Positions 35,156-44,371 of a stretch of DNA of 64,000 bases are shown here, piece by piece. The stretch's first letter is position 1; every line of letters begins with the position of its first letter. The position numbers and the translations under genes were made by a program. The notes below the pieces were generated by a model. It did not search any database. It was not told the DNA's origin and saw nothing but the letters and a program-made list of their open reading frames with translations. Origin of the DNA: a virus (lineage: Duplodnaviria; Heunggongvirae; Uroviricota; Caudoviricetes); the IMG/VR virus record IMGVR_UViG_3300029615_000411, positions 119,874-183,873 of that record; one strand, given 5' to 3'.

Positions 35156-35815
35156 TTAGCCTACTGCGGTTTCGTCAGCAGGGGCCTCGGACTCAGCAGC
35201 AGAATCAGCCTCGGCAGTATCCTCAGAGGAAGCCTCCTCAGTGGATTCGGCGGCATCGCCATCAGTCTCGGTGCTTTCAGCCTCGCTGTCAGAAGCCTCA
35301 CTGTCAGCAGCTTCAGATTCAGCAGTGCTCTCAGCCTCGGATGCGGCCGCTTCCTCAGCAGGCACGGAGGTAGCCACCAGCAGATTGCCCTCGGCATCAG
35401 CCTGACCACAGTTGTACAGATATGCGAACGCGGCGCTCAGATTGTCGAACTTGGACAGGTCAGGAACCTCAACAGTAGAACCGTCATCAGCGGTCTTGGT
35501 ACCGTCGAAATGAACGCTGCCGTCCTCGTCATAGCGAACGGTGACGGTATAGCCATCGCTTGCCAGAGCCTCGGTCATATAAGCGGCATAAGCGTTCATG
35601 GTGGTCTTCATCTGGTCCTCACTCAGAGAAACACCATCGGGCATCTCAGTCAGCTTGCTGTTATCCAGAACCTCAACTGCGGACTCACTGGTCGCGCCGC
35701 TTGCACTGGCAGCATCATCCTTCTTGCCACAACCAACAAATGCAGTGCAGGCCATTGCCATAGCAAGACACAGCGCAGCACCCTTCTTTACAGAACTCTT
35801 GTTAACCTTCTGCAT
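35156..35815 (-). CDS. lipoprotein with highly acidic A/E/S-rich C-terminal tail
   Basis: AAGGAG RBS before ATG 35815; LAMAMACTAFVGC lipobox-like signal. Confidence 0.5.
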   Translation of the reverse strand: MQKVNKSSVKKGAALCLAMAMACTAFVGCGKKDDAASASGATSESAVEVLDNSKLTEMPDGVSLSEDQMKTTMNAYAAYMTEALASDGYTVTVRYDEDGSVHFDGTKTADDGSTVEVPDLSKFDNLSAAFAYLYNCGQADAEGNLLVATSVPAEEAAASEAESTAESEAADSEASDSEAESTETDGDAAESTEEASSEDTAEADSAAESEAPADETAVG

Positions 35816-35880
35816 GAGTAACTTCTCCTTTTTCATGTGTGTTTGTTTGATGTGCATAAACAAGCTTCATGCACTATGCT

Positions 35881-35913
35881 TATATTATACCACCAAAAAC
35901 ATAAATAGTCAAC
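35881..35913 (-). promoter_or_regulatory. class II promoter P6 (TTGACT-17-TGgTATAATATA) for the acidic lipoprotein
   Basis: Reverse complement TTGACTatttatgtttttggtggTATAATata. Confidence 0.5.
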
Positions 35914-35952
35914 AAAGAATAGCGCCCCACAGATTTACCTGCGGAGCGCTAT
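35912..35952 (-). terminator. terminator after giant adhesin 1 (TAGCGC...GGCGCTA TTCTTTG)
   Basis: 7-bp stem, weak U-tract. Confidence 0.4.
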
Positions 35953-35991
35953 ATGTTATCTCTTACGCGGAGTAGAGATTATTTCAGTTGG

Positions 35992-38900
35992 TTACTGCTT
36001 CTTTTCCTCGGTTTTATCCTCAGTCTTTTCAGCAGCTTTTTCTTCGCTATCGCCCTTCTTCTTCTTGACGATGACAAATGCGCCAACGCCAATCAGAGCA
36101 ACAACAACGATAACAGGAACGATGATGTCTGCGCCAAAACCAACGCCAGTCTTGTAGTTAACTACAACAGGTGCCGGAGTGGGAGCGGGTTCATTCTTAA
36201 CTACAGGAGTCGGAGTCGGTCTGCTTTCTTCCGGAGGATTCTCCAGCTTAACACTTGCTACCCGAACATCACCGTAGTTGCCTGCCTTATCGACTGTACG
36301 GGTCACAATGTAACCAGTCCAATCGGGACTCAGCTTGAAGGTAACGTAACCGTTGTCCTTATCAATGTTTGTGACATTGACAGTCTCGAACTTGGTTTCG
36401 TCGAAGGTGTAATCGCCCTTAGCACTCTTGGCAATAGCAGAACCATTGACCTTGTAATACTGAATCTTAGCGACACCGGAGTTGTACTCGCCATCCAGAG
36501 CGGAAATAGCAGGAACGGAATCCTTGACCTTTACAACAGGCACGAAGTCAGGGTCTTCGGTATCGTCCTTATCACCGTTTTCGTCGGGAGTAGCAACGCC
36601 ATCGTTACCGTTTTCATCACCGGTCTCGTCGCCGGTTGTGAAGAGAGCGGGCTTACCATGAGCAATACGAAGCGTAGTGGCTTCGGTCTTGTCATCGGTT
36701 GTTTCGGTCTTCTCGGACTCGCTGGGAACTTTCTCCTCGGTACCGGATTCGGTTTCATCCTTCTTGTCGGAATCTTCCTTCTTATCGGTATCGTCGGCAT
36801 CGTCCTTCTTGTCGTCTTCCTTCTCAGGTGCCTTGCCGGTCTCTTCACCAGTAATGAACACATTGATGGTGCTCTCGAACTTGACGAACTTCTCGTTCAG
36901 CAAATCTGTCTTATTGGTGGAATCAACCTTATCGGCAGCGAAAGCAGAAGCAACGACAGGAGCTTCGGTATCAACAGATGTGGTGATAGTTCCCATCTCG
37001 GTAATGGCACCGGTCTTCAGGTCAATCAAGTAATAGGTAGAAGTAACCTTCTCACTATTAGCGGAAATGACCATCTTCTCGGCCCACTCAGCATCGGTCA
37101 GGGAATCGCTGGTTCCGATTGCGTAACCCTTAGGAGCGATAACTTCAACCTCAGAGTTGAAGTACAGGTCACTCAGGTCATCAGTCGTCTTCTTGGTAAC
37201 CTCAACAGGCTTACCGGTCTTTTCGTCAGCCACAGTACCAACGATAGTTGCGGGTTCTACATCGGCAAGATGCAGACGCTGGACTTCGATGTCTCCGGTG
37301 GTAGGCAGGTAATTGTAGTTGTCGTAAGCGCCGCCAACATACTTGAAAGCGTCCTTCGTCAAGCCAACATTACCGAAGATACCATCGATGCTGGAAGCAA
37401 CAATGAGTTCGAAGGAAGGCAGCTTAACGGTTTCAGCAGTCTCGTCGAAAGCGTAACCACTGGTCTTGATTTCGGGAATCTCCGTCTTAGTGCCATACAG
37501 CTTGACGACGGGGTTCGGGTCGAGAGTAACCGTCAGGTCTTTACGAGCGATAACGAACTGACCATCGGCTTCGTTCTTATCGGCATCGACGACATTGATT
37601 GTTACTGCGTAATTCTGCTCAACAGCAGCATCGTAATCAGAGGTAACGGTGTAGGTGTAAGTACCAGCGTTCTTGACATTCTCAGTCTTGAACTGGCTGT
37701 CGCTCTCCACGCCGTCATCGCCGCTGGCGATGTCAGGAGTCAGAGTCGCCTTTGCATCAGCAGTCAAGGGAGCAGTCTGTGCATTGTCGGTGGTCTTATC
37801 GTTCTCGAAAGGAGTATAAACAAGTGCCATCTTCAGGCCCAGAGAATCAGGTTTGACAGCTGCACCGTGTGTACCGTCGCCATTGGTGGCAACAGCATTT
37901 ACGGTGAAGTCGGGGTTAGTGGTATCGCCATAGACGATATCCTTGGGCTCGGTGACAGTGACTTCGACCAGACGTTCGCCAATGGTATAAACGCCATTAA
38001 CAATCGTAATCAGGTAATCGTCATTGTCGTAAGAACCGACCATGTCGTATGCACCGTAATTCTTGACAGATTCGGGCACGCTCTCCGCAACCAGAGAAGC
38101 AGCACCGTCAGCAGACTTCATGGAAATCTCTTCGGCAACCGCATTCTCAACATCCTTCTGAGTGATGCTGATAATAGCTTTCAGGTCATCGCCATTTACG
38201 ATGGTCTTCTTATCGGCATCGCCAGTATAGGTAAGAGTATTGCTCAGTTCAGCCATTTCATTGCCGTAGACAGAACCAACAGTTCCGATGGTCCAAGTCA
38301 GAGGACGCTGAGTGACCGTGTAAGTGCCGTTCATAGCAGTTACTAGATAATCCTGATAAGAAGCCTGACCGACGCGGTGAGCCAGACCGGAGAAGGAAGG
38401 AACAATGTCATAGCCTCCGACATGGCTTGCAGAAGTGACGAGGCACAGGTTCGTGCCTTCCAGAATATCACCATTGACCAGAGCTGCCTTGGCAGTGTCA
38501 CCAGTGTATTCCAGAACGTTCACGGTACCGTAATCAGACCAATCTTCAACAGCAACATCGTCGCCATAGATAGAAGTCTGGGGTTTAGCGGTGACAGTGA
38601 TGGGACGCTTGTCGATAACAAAATCAACGGGAGCGTAAACAAAGGTGTAGTTGTTTGCTGCGGCATTCTCAACATTTGCAGGAACGACCTTGCCGGTACC
38701 AGCGTGAGAAGCTACCGTTGCGGGAGCTCCCTCAGCATCGGTAAAGTTGAAGGTCAGGTTTGCAATGCTCAGGACACCAGCATCATCGGGAGTGGTGTTG
38801 CCCTTGACGGGTTTCACAACGAATCCATCGAAAATCAGGTCATCGCCGGAGAGAACAGGGTTCTCATCGCCGTAAATCTTGCTCTGAGCTGCCAGAGTGA

Positions 38901-41900
38901 CATTCAGAGTAGCAGGAGTGATTTCGAAGGTGTTGTTTACGCGGGTGATGTTGAAGTTGACATCGTCGCCCTCGATAATCATCGGGTGCTTGCCGACATC
39001 TTCACCAGCATCGGTGCCAGCGTCAGGACGAACAACCTTCAGGTTTGCAAGGTCACCTGCATCTTCGCTTACATAGTAAGCGCCGTCGCCAGTTGCAGTC
39101 CAAGTCAGTTCGGGGTCAGCCTCGCCGTAGACCTTCTTCTGGCCTTCGTCAACAACCACGATTACATCGCGCTTATCGACATGCAGAGAACCATCAACAA
39201 AGACGATGGGGTCATAGTTCTTTGCGCCCTTGTTTTCCAGACCGCTCATGGTGATGACATAATCGCCAGCAGCAGGACGAGCAGGAATCTCGGACAGAGA
39301 ACCGTCAGCATTCTTGATGTTGTAGACAACCGAGCCAGTAAATGCGGAAGCAACGGTGTCATTGTTCTTCAAGCCAGTAACGGTGTAGCTGAACGTGGGA
39401 ACGGTGCCGCCATAAATCATGGAGTAACCGCCAGCCACGGTAAAGGTGACCTTAACGGGCTTGATGGTCAGAGTAGCAACTTCCAGAGCCTCGGGCTCAG
39501 TGGTGGAAGAACCAACGTCGACGGAAGTGCCGGAGCCAGTCACGATGGTGATGGCGTAGTTGCCGTACTTGTTGTACAGAGTAGAGCTGATGTGGTATTC
39601 ACCGACATCCTCACCGGCTTTGCGAGTAACAGAGCCGCTCAGAGCACCAGTAGTCAGTTCCAGCGTATTCTTCTTCAGACCATCGTTGGAAATGTTGCCG
39701 GAAATCTCGCTGTAAGAGAATGCGGGGTCTGCATCGCCGTAATCCTTCTCGTAGTTGGAGAAAGTCAGGGTGATGGGACGATGAGTGATGGTGATGGTAG
39801 AATCAATCACCGTCAGGTCGTAGTTGGCAGGCTGTGCGTAGATAGCTTTCAGAGCATAAGTGCCAACGCTTGCGGAAGCAGAAGTTGCACCGGAAGTCAG
39901 GGTAATGCCCTTAAGAATCTTTTCGGCTTCTGCTGCCTGAACATCAGTAGTAGTCAGCAGACCAGTGCCGCCCTTGATGTAATCCTTCACGTTCATAGAA
40001 GTGAGGGTCTCACCATAGGTCTTTTCGGTTTCAAGCAGGTTGATAACGGCAGTACGCTTATTGATGGTGAAGCGAACATCATTGGTGAAGCTGATACGAT
40101 AGTTCTTTGCCATCGTCTGCTCATAGATGTTACCGCTGTAAATCGGATAAGTGCCAGCGTTCTCGCCTGCTTCACGGCTCAGACGAGCCTGTGCGAAGTC
40201 GGCCTTGGGTTCTGCGAAGCTGGTGGTATTGTAGTCGAAGATGACATAGGTATCGTTGACTGCAAAGCTGGGGTCAGTCTCGCCGTAAGTCTTGGACAGG
40301 CCATAGCGAGGAGTGATGGTCAGGGGCATCTGATGAACAATCAGCATGTTCTTGCCATCGGGCTCAGACAGCTTAACGCTGTTTGCGGGCTGGTTATCCA
40401 GACGGAAGGTCAGGTTGTAAGAACCTGCATCGTACAGACCAGAAGCGTTCGCAGTAGCCTCAACGGCGATACGAACAACGCCCAGAGAAACATCCTTGCC
40501 GTCCATCTTGATGTTGACGGTTTCGCCATCGTGGTAAATCTGAGTGCCATCGGAGGTATTCACATTGACGGAAACTTCCTTGGCGATGGTATCGGGCTTC
40601 TTCTCACCGTAAGTAGTCTGCAGTGCGTTGAAGGTGACAGAGACATCAGCCTCGGTGACTTGGAACGTAGCCTGCGGGGCAATCGTTACGATGTAGTTGG
40701 GGTTCTCATCATAAGAGATGGTAGCCTCATAGTTGCCGACAACCGTAGTGGGGTCTTCCCACTTGGTCAGGTCGATGTGGATGTTCAGCGGGCTGCCCTG
40801 CGGGTCAACCACATTGATAGCCTGAGAACCGGTCTCGTCATACAGCGCATAGCTGGGGGTGTTCTTACCGGCAACGCCGTACTTACGGACGCTGTTGGTA
40901 GTACCCTTGATGGTGACAGGCAGTGCATTGATAGTCAGCGTACCGCTTGTACCATCGCTGTAAGTGCCGGTGTAAACGATGTTGTAGTTGGGGTTGGTGT
41001 AACCGGAAACAACAATAGGATAGGTACCAACACCAGTCAGCTTACCAACGGTATTGTCAACGCCATACTTGATGGTGACAGTGCCGCCCAGAGAAGCGAC
41101 GGTATCATGGATGCCAATTTCATCGTTGCTTGCGAAGTTCTTGTATTCCAGTGCGCCGGTAATATCGGCATCGCTGGGATTCTCTGCGCCATACAGACGC
41201 TCACGGTTCGGAACAGTGATGGTCAGAGTACGCTTGGTGATAGTGTACTTATCGGGAGCATTGAAGGTGATGTCGTAGTTCTTGGCGATTTCAGCAGTCT
41301 GGAACTGTGCATCGCTGTAAGCGTAAGAGCCAACAGTCTCGCCGACCTCACGAGTCACAACGCAGCCAGCAAAGTCGGAGCCAACACGGCCGCCCTTGCC
41401 ATTGACGGGGTCAAGAGTAAAGGCAACGCCGCCCTTGGCATCACTGTCGCCGTAAACCTTCGTCTGACCACCCATCACATTGATGGCGATAGGACGCTTG
41501 GTGACGGTCAGCTTGCTGTTGACAAAACGAACCAGATAGTTGTCGTAACGGTCGTAGTTCTTGCCATCGGCATTGGGGTCCCAGTCAGAAGACCAACGCT
41601 CCTGAGAAGCACCCTGCACAGATGCGCTGACGGTGTATTCGCCAACATTGGCAGTTGTAGGAGTGCCGCTGTTGCCAGCCGCATCTACCATAGTAAAGCC
41701 AAGCTTGTCCTCGGTCAAACCGATGCTTGCCTGTGTATCGTTCAGCTTGAAACCTTCGATGGATTTAATCTTGCCGGAACGAGCAGCGCCATACATTGCG
41801 GACAGGTCATCGAGAGTGACAGTCAGCATTGCAGGATGGATGATGTACTTGCTGTTGATGACCTTGACGTCATAGTAAGCAGTGCATGCAGGGGGAACTT

Positions 41901-43944
41901 CGACAGTCATCGGATATTCGCCAACATTCTTATTGTCGATATCCTGACGCTGTGTTGTCAGAACCATGCTGACCAGCTTGTTCACACCGTCATCAGCGGT
42001 GATGTCAGAACCGGCGACAATACGCTTGTCGGAGGCCACTGCCTGAGCAGCACCGTTATAAGCAACAGCGTCGAAGGTGATGGTGGAAGACTTGCCCTTT
42101 TCAGCCTCACCATAGATGGCATCAATCTGGTCATTGGTGATGGTTACGTTACGCTTGGTAATTTCAAACGTTGCGGTAGCAAGGTTGATGTTATAACCAT
42201 TGATAGGCGCATTCGTCTGGATATTGCCGATTGTAACAGTGTAGCCACCGGGAGCAGAGGTGATGCTGGGCAGAACAACGGTGGGTTCACCGCTCAGACC
42301 AAGCATCTCTTTCAGAGCAACTGTGTTGGACTTGTGCTCGTTGTTGGTCTTATACTCGAAATTCGTCTTATCGGTATCAGACCAGCCGGTAATCACGAAG
42401 TCAACCTGAGGATTCTGCTGACCATACTGACGAGTGGCTTTGCTGCCGGTCGTCTGTACGCCATCATTGCCCTTGAAGACAAATACAGGAGTCAGGGTCA
42501 GAGTCTTTTCAGAAACGACAACATACACATCGCCGGTATTGGGCTGAATGTCGATGTTGTAGTTTGTGTTGCTCTTCGCGGAGGAACCTAAGATGATTTT
42601 GTAAGAACCGGTAGTGTCCTTATCAAAGTTCTCTGTGGTCAGAACATCCGCAGGAAGCAGGTCGCCGTCAACCAGACCACCATTGGTGTCCATGACTGTG
42701 TAGTTAATCTGGCTGATGGTATTGCCCTTCGTAACATAAGTGGTATGAGGGACAATGTAAATCTGACGCTTGTTGATAGTCACGCCCGTGTCATTGCGGA
42801 TATCCTTAGAAGAATCCAAGTTGGAACCGTCAATGATGGTGTAATTCAGACCATTCACAGTAACGCTTATGGCACCTGTATCAACATAAGTCGGATAAGT
42901 ACCGGCATTGCAATGAATGTCTGTGGGATTCTGGCCGTCGCCGTCAGCCGGAGCGTACATAATGAAGCTCAGACCGTCGATAGCTGCCTGAATATCCTTT
43001 TCGACTTCCTGAGAAGTACGGGAATCAGCAGTGCTGTATTCGATGGTCAGACCCTTAGACTTGAAGGAGTCACCGTATGTGTAGGTAACAGTCTGAGGCA
43101 GAATGTGAATAACATTCTCCTGACCGCTAATCTTGGTATACTGAATACCAGTGCCTGCGGCAATCTGCTTACCAGTCTCAGCAGCGGTGATTGCCTGATA
43201 GTCCCCGATGACAGTCGTAGAACCGCCGCCATCAAACGCGCTGGCACCGCTGTTGTCTACGGGGTTTTCCTGACGGTCGCAAACCTGCAGATACAGGTCA
43301 GACATATCAAGGTATGCACTCATGACGGGCTCGGCGACCTGCTCATCCTCGCTCAGAGAATAATACATGTCCTCAATGGGTTCCCAGTCATAAACTGCAT
43401 CCAATTCCTCAGTGCGACGCGTGACCATCGCATCAAGAACCGCATTTTCCTTGTCAGCCTGCCATGCCTTGCTTGCAAGACCGAAGTTGTTTGCAGCAGT
43501 CAGAATTTCATCTTTACGGCTTACAAGGGCGTTAGCCGCATCGATAAATGCCTGTGCTGCTTCACTGATGCTGCCAGTGGTAGAAGCTTCGCTGGAAGTG
43601 CTGGTGCTTGCACCAGTATCAGAGGCAGCACTGTTTGCGTAGGCAGTGGTCGTTTCAGACCCCGCCTGACTTGTAGCCTCAGAAGAAACATCGCTCGTCA
43701 CAGAAGTGTCGCTGGACGCGGAACTTGCTGTGTCGGTAACATCGCTTTTCGGCGCGGGAGTAGTAGCGGAAGAGTCGGAGTTTGTTGTCGTAGTGCTGAG
43801 TGCATCAGTTTCCTTCGGAGCTTCTTCACTCTGCGTGATTCCACTCGCGCTCTCCACTGCATAAGCAGTGACAGGAGCAAACTGAGACAGGCACATTGCT
43901 ACGGCGACAATCGCACTCAAAAACCGCTTACGAGGTTTCTGCAT
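35992..43944 (-). CDS. giant secreted cell-wall adhesin (2650 aa): signal peptide, S/T-rich N-terminal region, many MBG-like repeat modules, C-terminal NYKTG sorting signal
   Basis: AGGAGGG RBS before ATG 43944; signal peptide MQKPRKRFLSAIVAVAMCLSQFAPVTAYA; recurring YG...KVYGD.DP...NY.IT repeats; ends NYKTG + TM + KKKKGD. Confidence 0.8.
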   Translation of the reverse strand: MQKPRKRFLSAIVAVAMCLSQFAPVTAYAVESASGITQSEEAPKETDALSTTTTNSDSSATTPAPKSDVTDTASSASSDTSVTSDVSSEATSQAGSETTTAYANSAASDTGASTSTSSEASTTGSISEAAQAFIDAANALVSRKDEILTAANNFGLASKAWQADKENAVLDAMVTRRTEELDAVYDWEPIEDMYYSLSEDEQVAEPVMSAYLDMSDLYLQVCDRQENPVDNSGASAFDGGGSTTVIGDYQAITAAETGKQIAAGTGIQYTKISGQENVIHILPQTVTYTYGDSFKSKGLTIEYSTADSRTSQEVEKDIQAAIDGLSFIMYAPADGDGQNPTDIHCNAGTYPTYVDTGAISVTVNGLNYTIIDGSNLDSSKDIRNDTGVTINKRQIYIVPHTTYVTKGNTISQINYTVMDTNGGLVDGDLLPADVLTTENFDKDTTGSYKIILGSSAKSNTNYNIDIQPNTGDVYVVVSEKTLTLTPVFVFKGNDGVQTTGSKATRQYGQQNPQVDFVITGWSDTDKTNFEYKTNNEHKSNTVALKEMLGLSGEPTVVLPSITSAPGGYTVTIGNIQTNAPINGYNINLATATFEITKRNVTITNDQIDAIYGEAEKGKSSTITFDAVAYNGAAQAVASDKRIVAGSDITADDGVNKLVSMVLTTQRQDIDNKNVGEYPMTVEVPPACTAYYDVKVINSKYIIHPAMLTVTLDDLSAMYGAARSGKIKSIEGFKLNDTQASIGLTEDKLGFTMVDAAGNSGTPTTANVGEYTVSASVQGASQERWSSDWDPNADGKNYDRYDNYLVRFVNSKLTVTKRPIAINVMGGQTKVYGDSDAKGGVAFTLDPVNGKGGRVGSDFAGCVVTREVGETVGSYAYSDAQFQTAEIAKNYDITFNAPDKYTITKRTLTITVPNRERLYGAENPSDADITGALEYKNFASNDEIGIHDTVASLGGTVTIKYGVDNTVGKLTGVGTYPIVVSGYTNPNYNIVYTGTYSDGTSGTLTINALPVTIKGTTNSVRKYGVAGKNTPSYALYDETGSQAINVVDPQGSPLNIHIDLTKWEDPTTVVGNYEATISYDENPNYIVTIAPQATFQVTEADVSVTFNALQTTYGEKKPDTIAKEVSVNVNTSDGTQIYHDGETVNIKMDGKDVSLGVVRIAVEATANASGLYDAGSYNLTFRLDNQPANSVKLSEPDGKNMLIVHQMPLTITPRYGLSKTYGETDPSFAVNDTYVIFDYNTTSFAEPKADFAQARLSREAGENAGTYPIYSGNIYEQTMAKNYRISFTNDVRFTINKRTAVINLLETEKTYGETLTSMNVKDYIKGGTGLLTTTDVQAAEAEKILKGITLTSGATSASASVGTYALKAIYAQPANYDLTVIDSTITITHRPITLTFSNYEKDYGDADPAFSYSEISGNISNDGLKKNTLELTTGALSGSVTRKAGEDVGEYHISSTLYNKYGNYAITIVTGSGTSVDVGSSTTEPEALEVATLTIKPVKVTFTVAGGYSMIYGGTVPTFSYTVTGLKNNDTVASAFTGSVVYNIKNADGSLSEIPARPAAGDYVITMSGLENKGAKNYDPIVFVDGSLHVDKRDVIVVVDEGQKKVYGEADPELTWTATGDGAYYVSEDAGDLANLKVVRPDAGTDAGEDVGKHPMIIEGDDVNFNITRVNNTFEITPATLNVTLAAQSKIYGDENPVLSGDDLIFDGFVVKPVKGNTTPDDAGVLSIANLTFNFTDAEGAPATVASHAGTGKVVPANVENAAANNYTFVYAPVDFVIDKRPITVTAKPQTSIYGDDVAVEDWSDYGTVNVLEYTGDTAKAALVNGDILEGTNLCLVTSASHVGGYDIVPSFSGLAHRVGQASYQDYLVTAMNGTYTVTQRPLTWTIGTVGSVYGNEMAELSNTLTYTGDADKKTIVNGDDLKAIISITQKDVENAVAEEISMKSADGAASLVAESVPESVKNYGAYDMVGSYDNDDYLITIVNGVYTIGERLVEVTVTEPKDIVYGDTTNPDFTVNAVATNGDGTHGAAVKPDSLGLKMALVYTPFENDKTTDNAQTAPLTADAKATLTPDIASGDDGVESDSQFKTENVKNAGTYTYTVTSDYDAAVEQNYAVTINVVDADKNEADGQFVIARKDLTVTLDPNPVVKLYGTKTEIPEIKTSGYAFDETAETVKLPSFELIVASSIDGIFGNVGLTKDAFKYVGGAYDNYNYLPTTGDIEVQRLHLADVEPATIVGTVADEKTGKPVEVTKKTTDDLSDLYFNSEVEVIAPKGYAIGTSDSLTDAEWAEKMVISANSEKVTSTYYLIDLKTGAITEMGTITTSVDTEAPVVASAFAADKVDSTNKTDLLNEKFVKFESTINVFITGEETGKAPEKEDDKKDDADDTDKKEDSDKKDETESGTEEKVPSESEKTETTDDKTEATTLRIAHGKPALFTTGDETGDENGNDGVATPDENGDKDDTEDPDFVPVVKVKDSVPAISALDGEYNSGVAKIQYYKVNGSAIAKSAKGDYTFDETKFETVNVTNIDKDNGYVTFKLSPDWTGYIVTRTVDKAGNYGDVRVASVKLENPPEESRPTPTPVVKNEPAPTPAPVVVNYKTGVGFGADIIVPVIVVVALIGVGAFVIVKKKKGDSEEKAAEKTEDKTEEKKQ

Positions 43945-44259
43945 GTTAGTTGCCCTCCTAATAATGTGAGTGTTCTGTGGTTTTACCACAGCCGGATTTA
44001 TATACACCCTTACCTACTCCCTAGTGTGCAGCCTCGATTGTAGATAAGAAAGTATATCAAAACACAAGCAATCAAATCGCATATTTACAATATGCCACAA
44101 AAAAGACAGAAAAGTCAATCAAAAATTTTGACACAAAAATGCCACCCATGAACGCATTCTCATATTTCATATGGACATGGATGGTTGAAACATTAACGCA
44201 AAACCTGCTTGACTATAGCTATTATTTGTTCTGAGAAATTTGATGCTGTATTTATATCT

Positions 44260-44292
44260 ATTATATTACTTACTTTGCAGCAACGGTCAATA
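44260..44292 (-). promoter_or_regulatory. class I-like promoter G for giant adhesin 1 (TTGACC-GTTGCTGCAAAGTAAG-TAATAT)
   Basis: Shares GCTGCAAAGTA spacer motif; followed by about 300 nt leader. Confidence 0.4.
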
Positions 44293-44320
44293 ATTATTCT
44301 GAAAATTAGAAGTTTTTTAC

Positions 44321-44359
44321 GCAAAAAAAGAGCGGCAGCTCTTTCGAACCACCGCTCTA
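44321..44359 (-). terminator. terminator after giant adhesin 2 (AGAGCGG...CCGCTCT TTTTTTG)
   Basis: 7-bp stem plus T7. Confidence 0.55.
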
Positions 44360-44371
44360 TTGTTTTACCGC

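Noticed and set aside
35992-44007. KxYKxGKxW-type accessory-Sec signal peptides on the giant proteins
   Set aside because: Adhesin 1 has an ordinary Sec signal (MQKPRKRFLSAIVAVAMCLSQFAPVTAYA) and the N-terminus of adhesin 2 is outside the window, so no aSec-type signal is claimed.
1085-44292. The regularly recurring near-identical motifs as a CRISPR array or IS terminal repeats
   Set aside because: Copies are 2-20 kb apart and separated by genes, with no short regular spacers and no transposase. The sequences fit -35/-10 promoter geometry instead.
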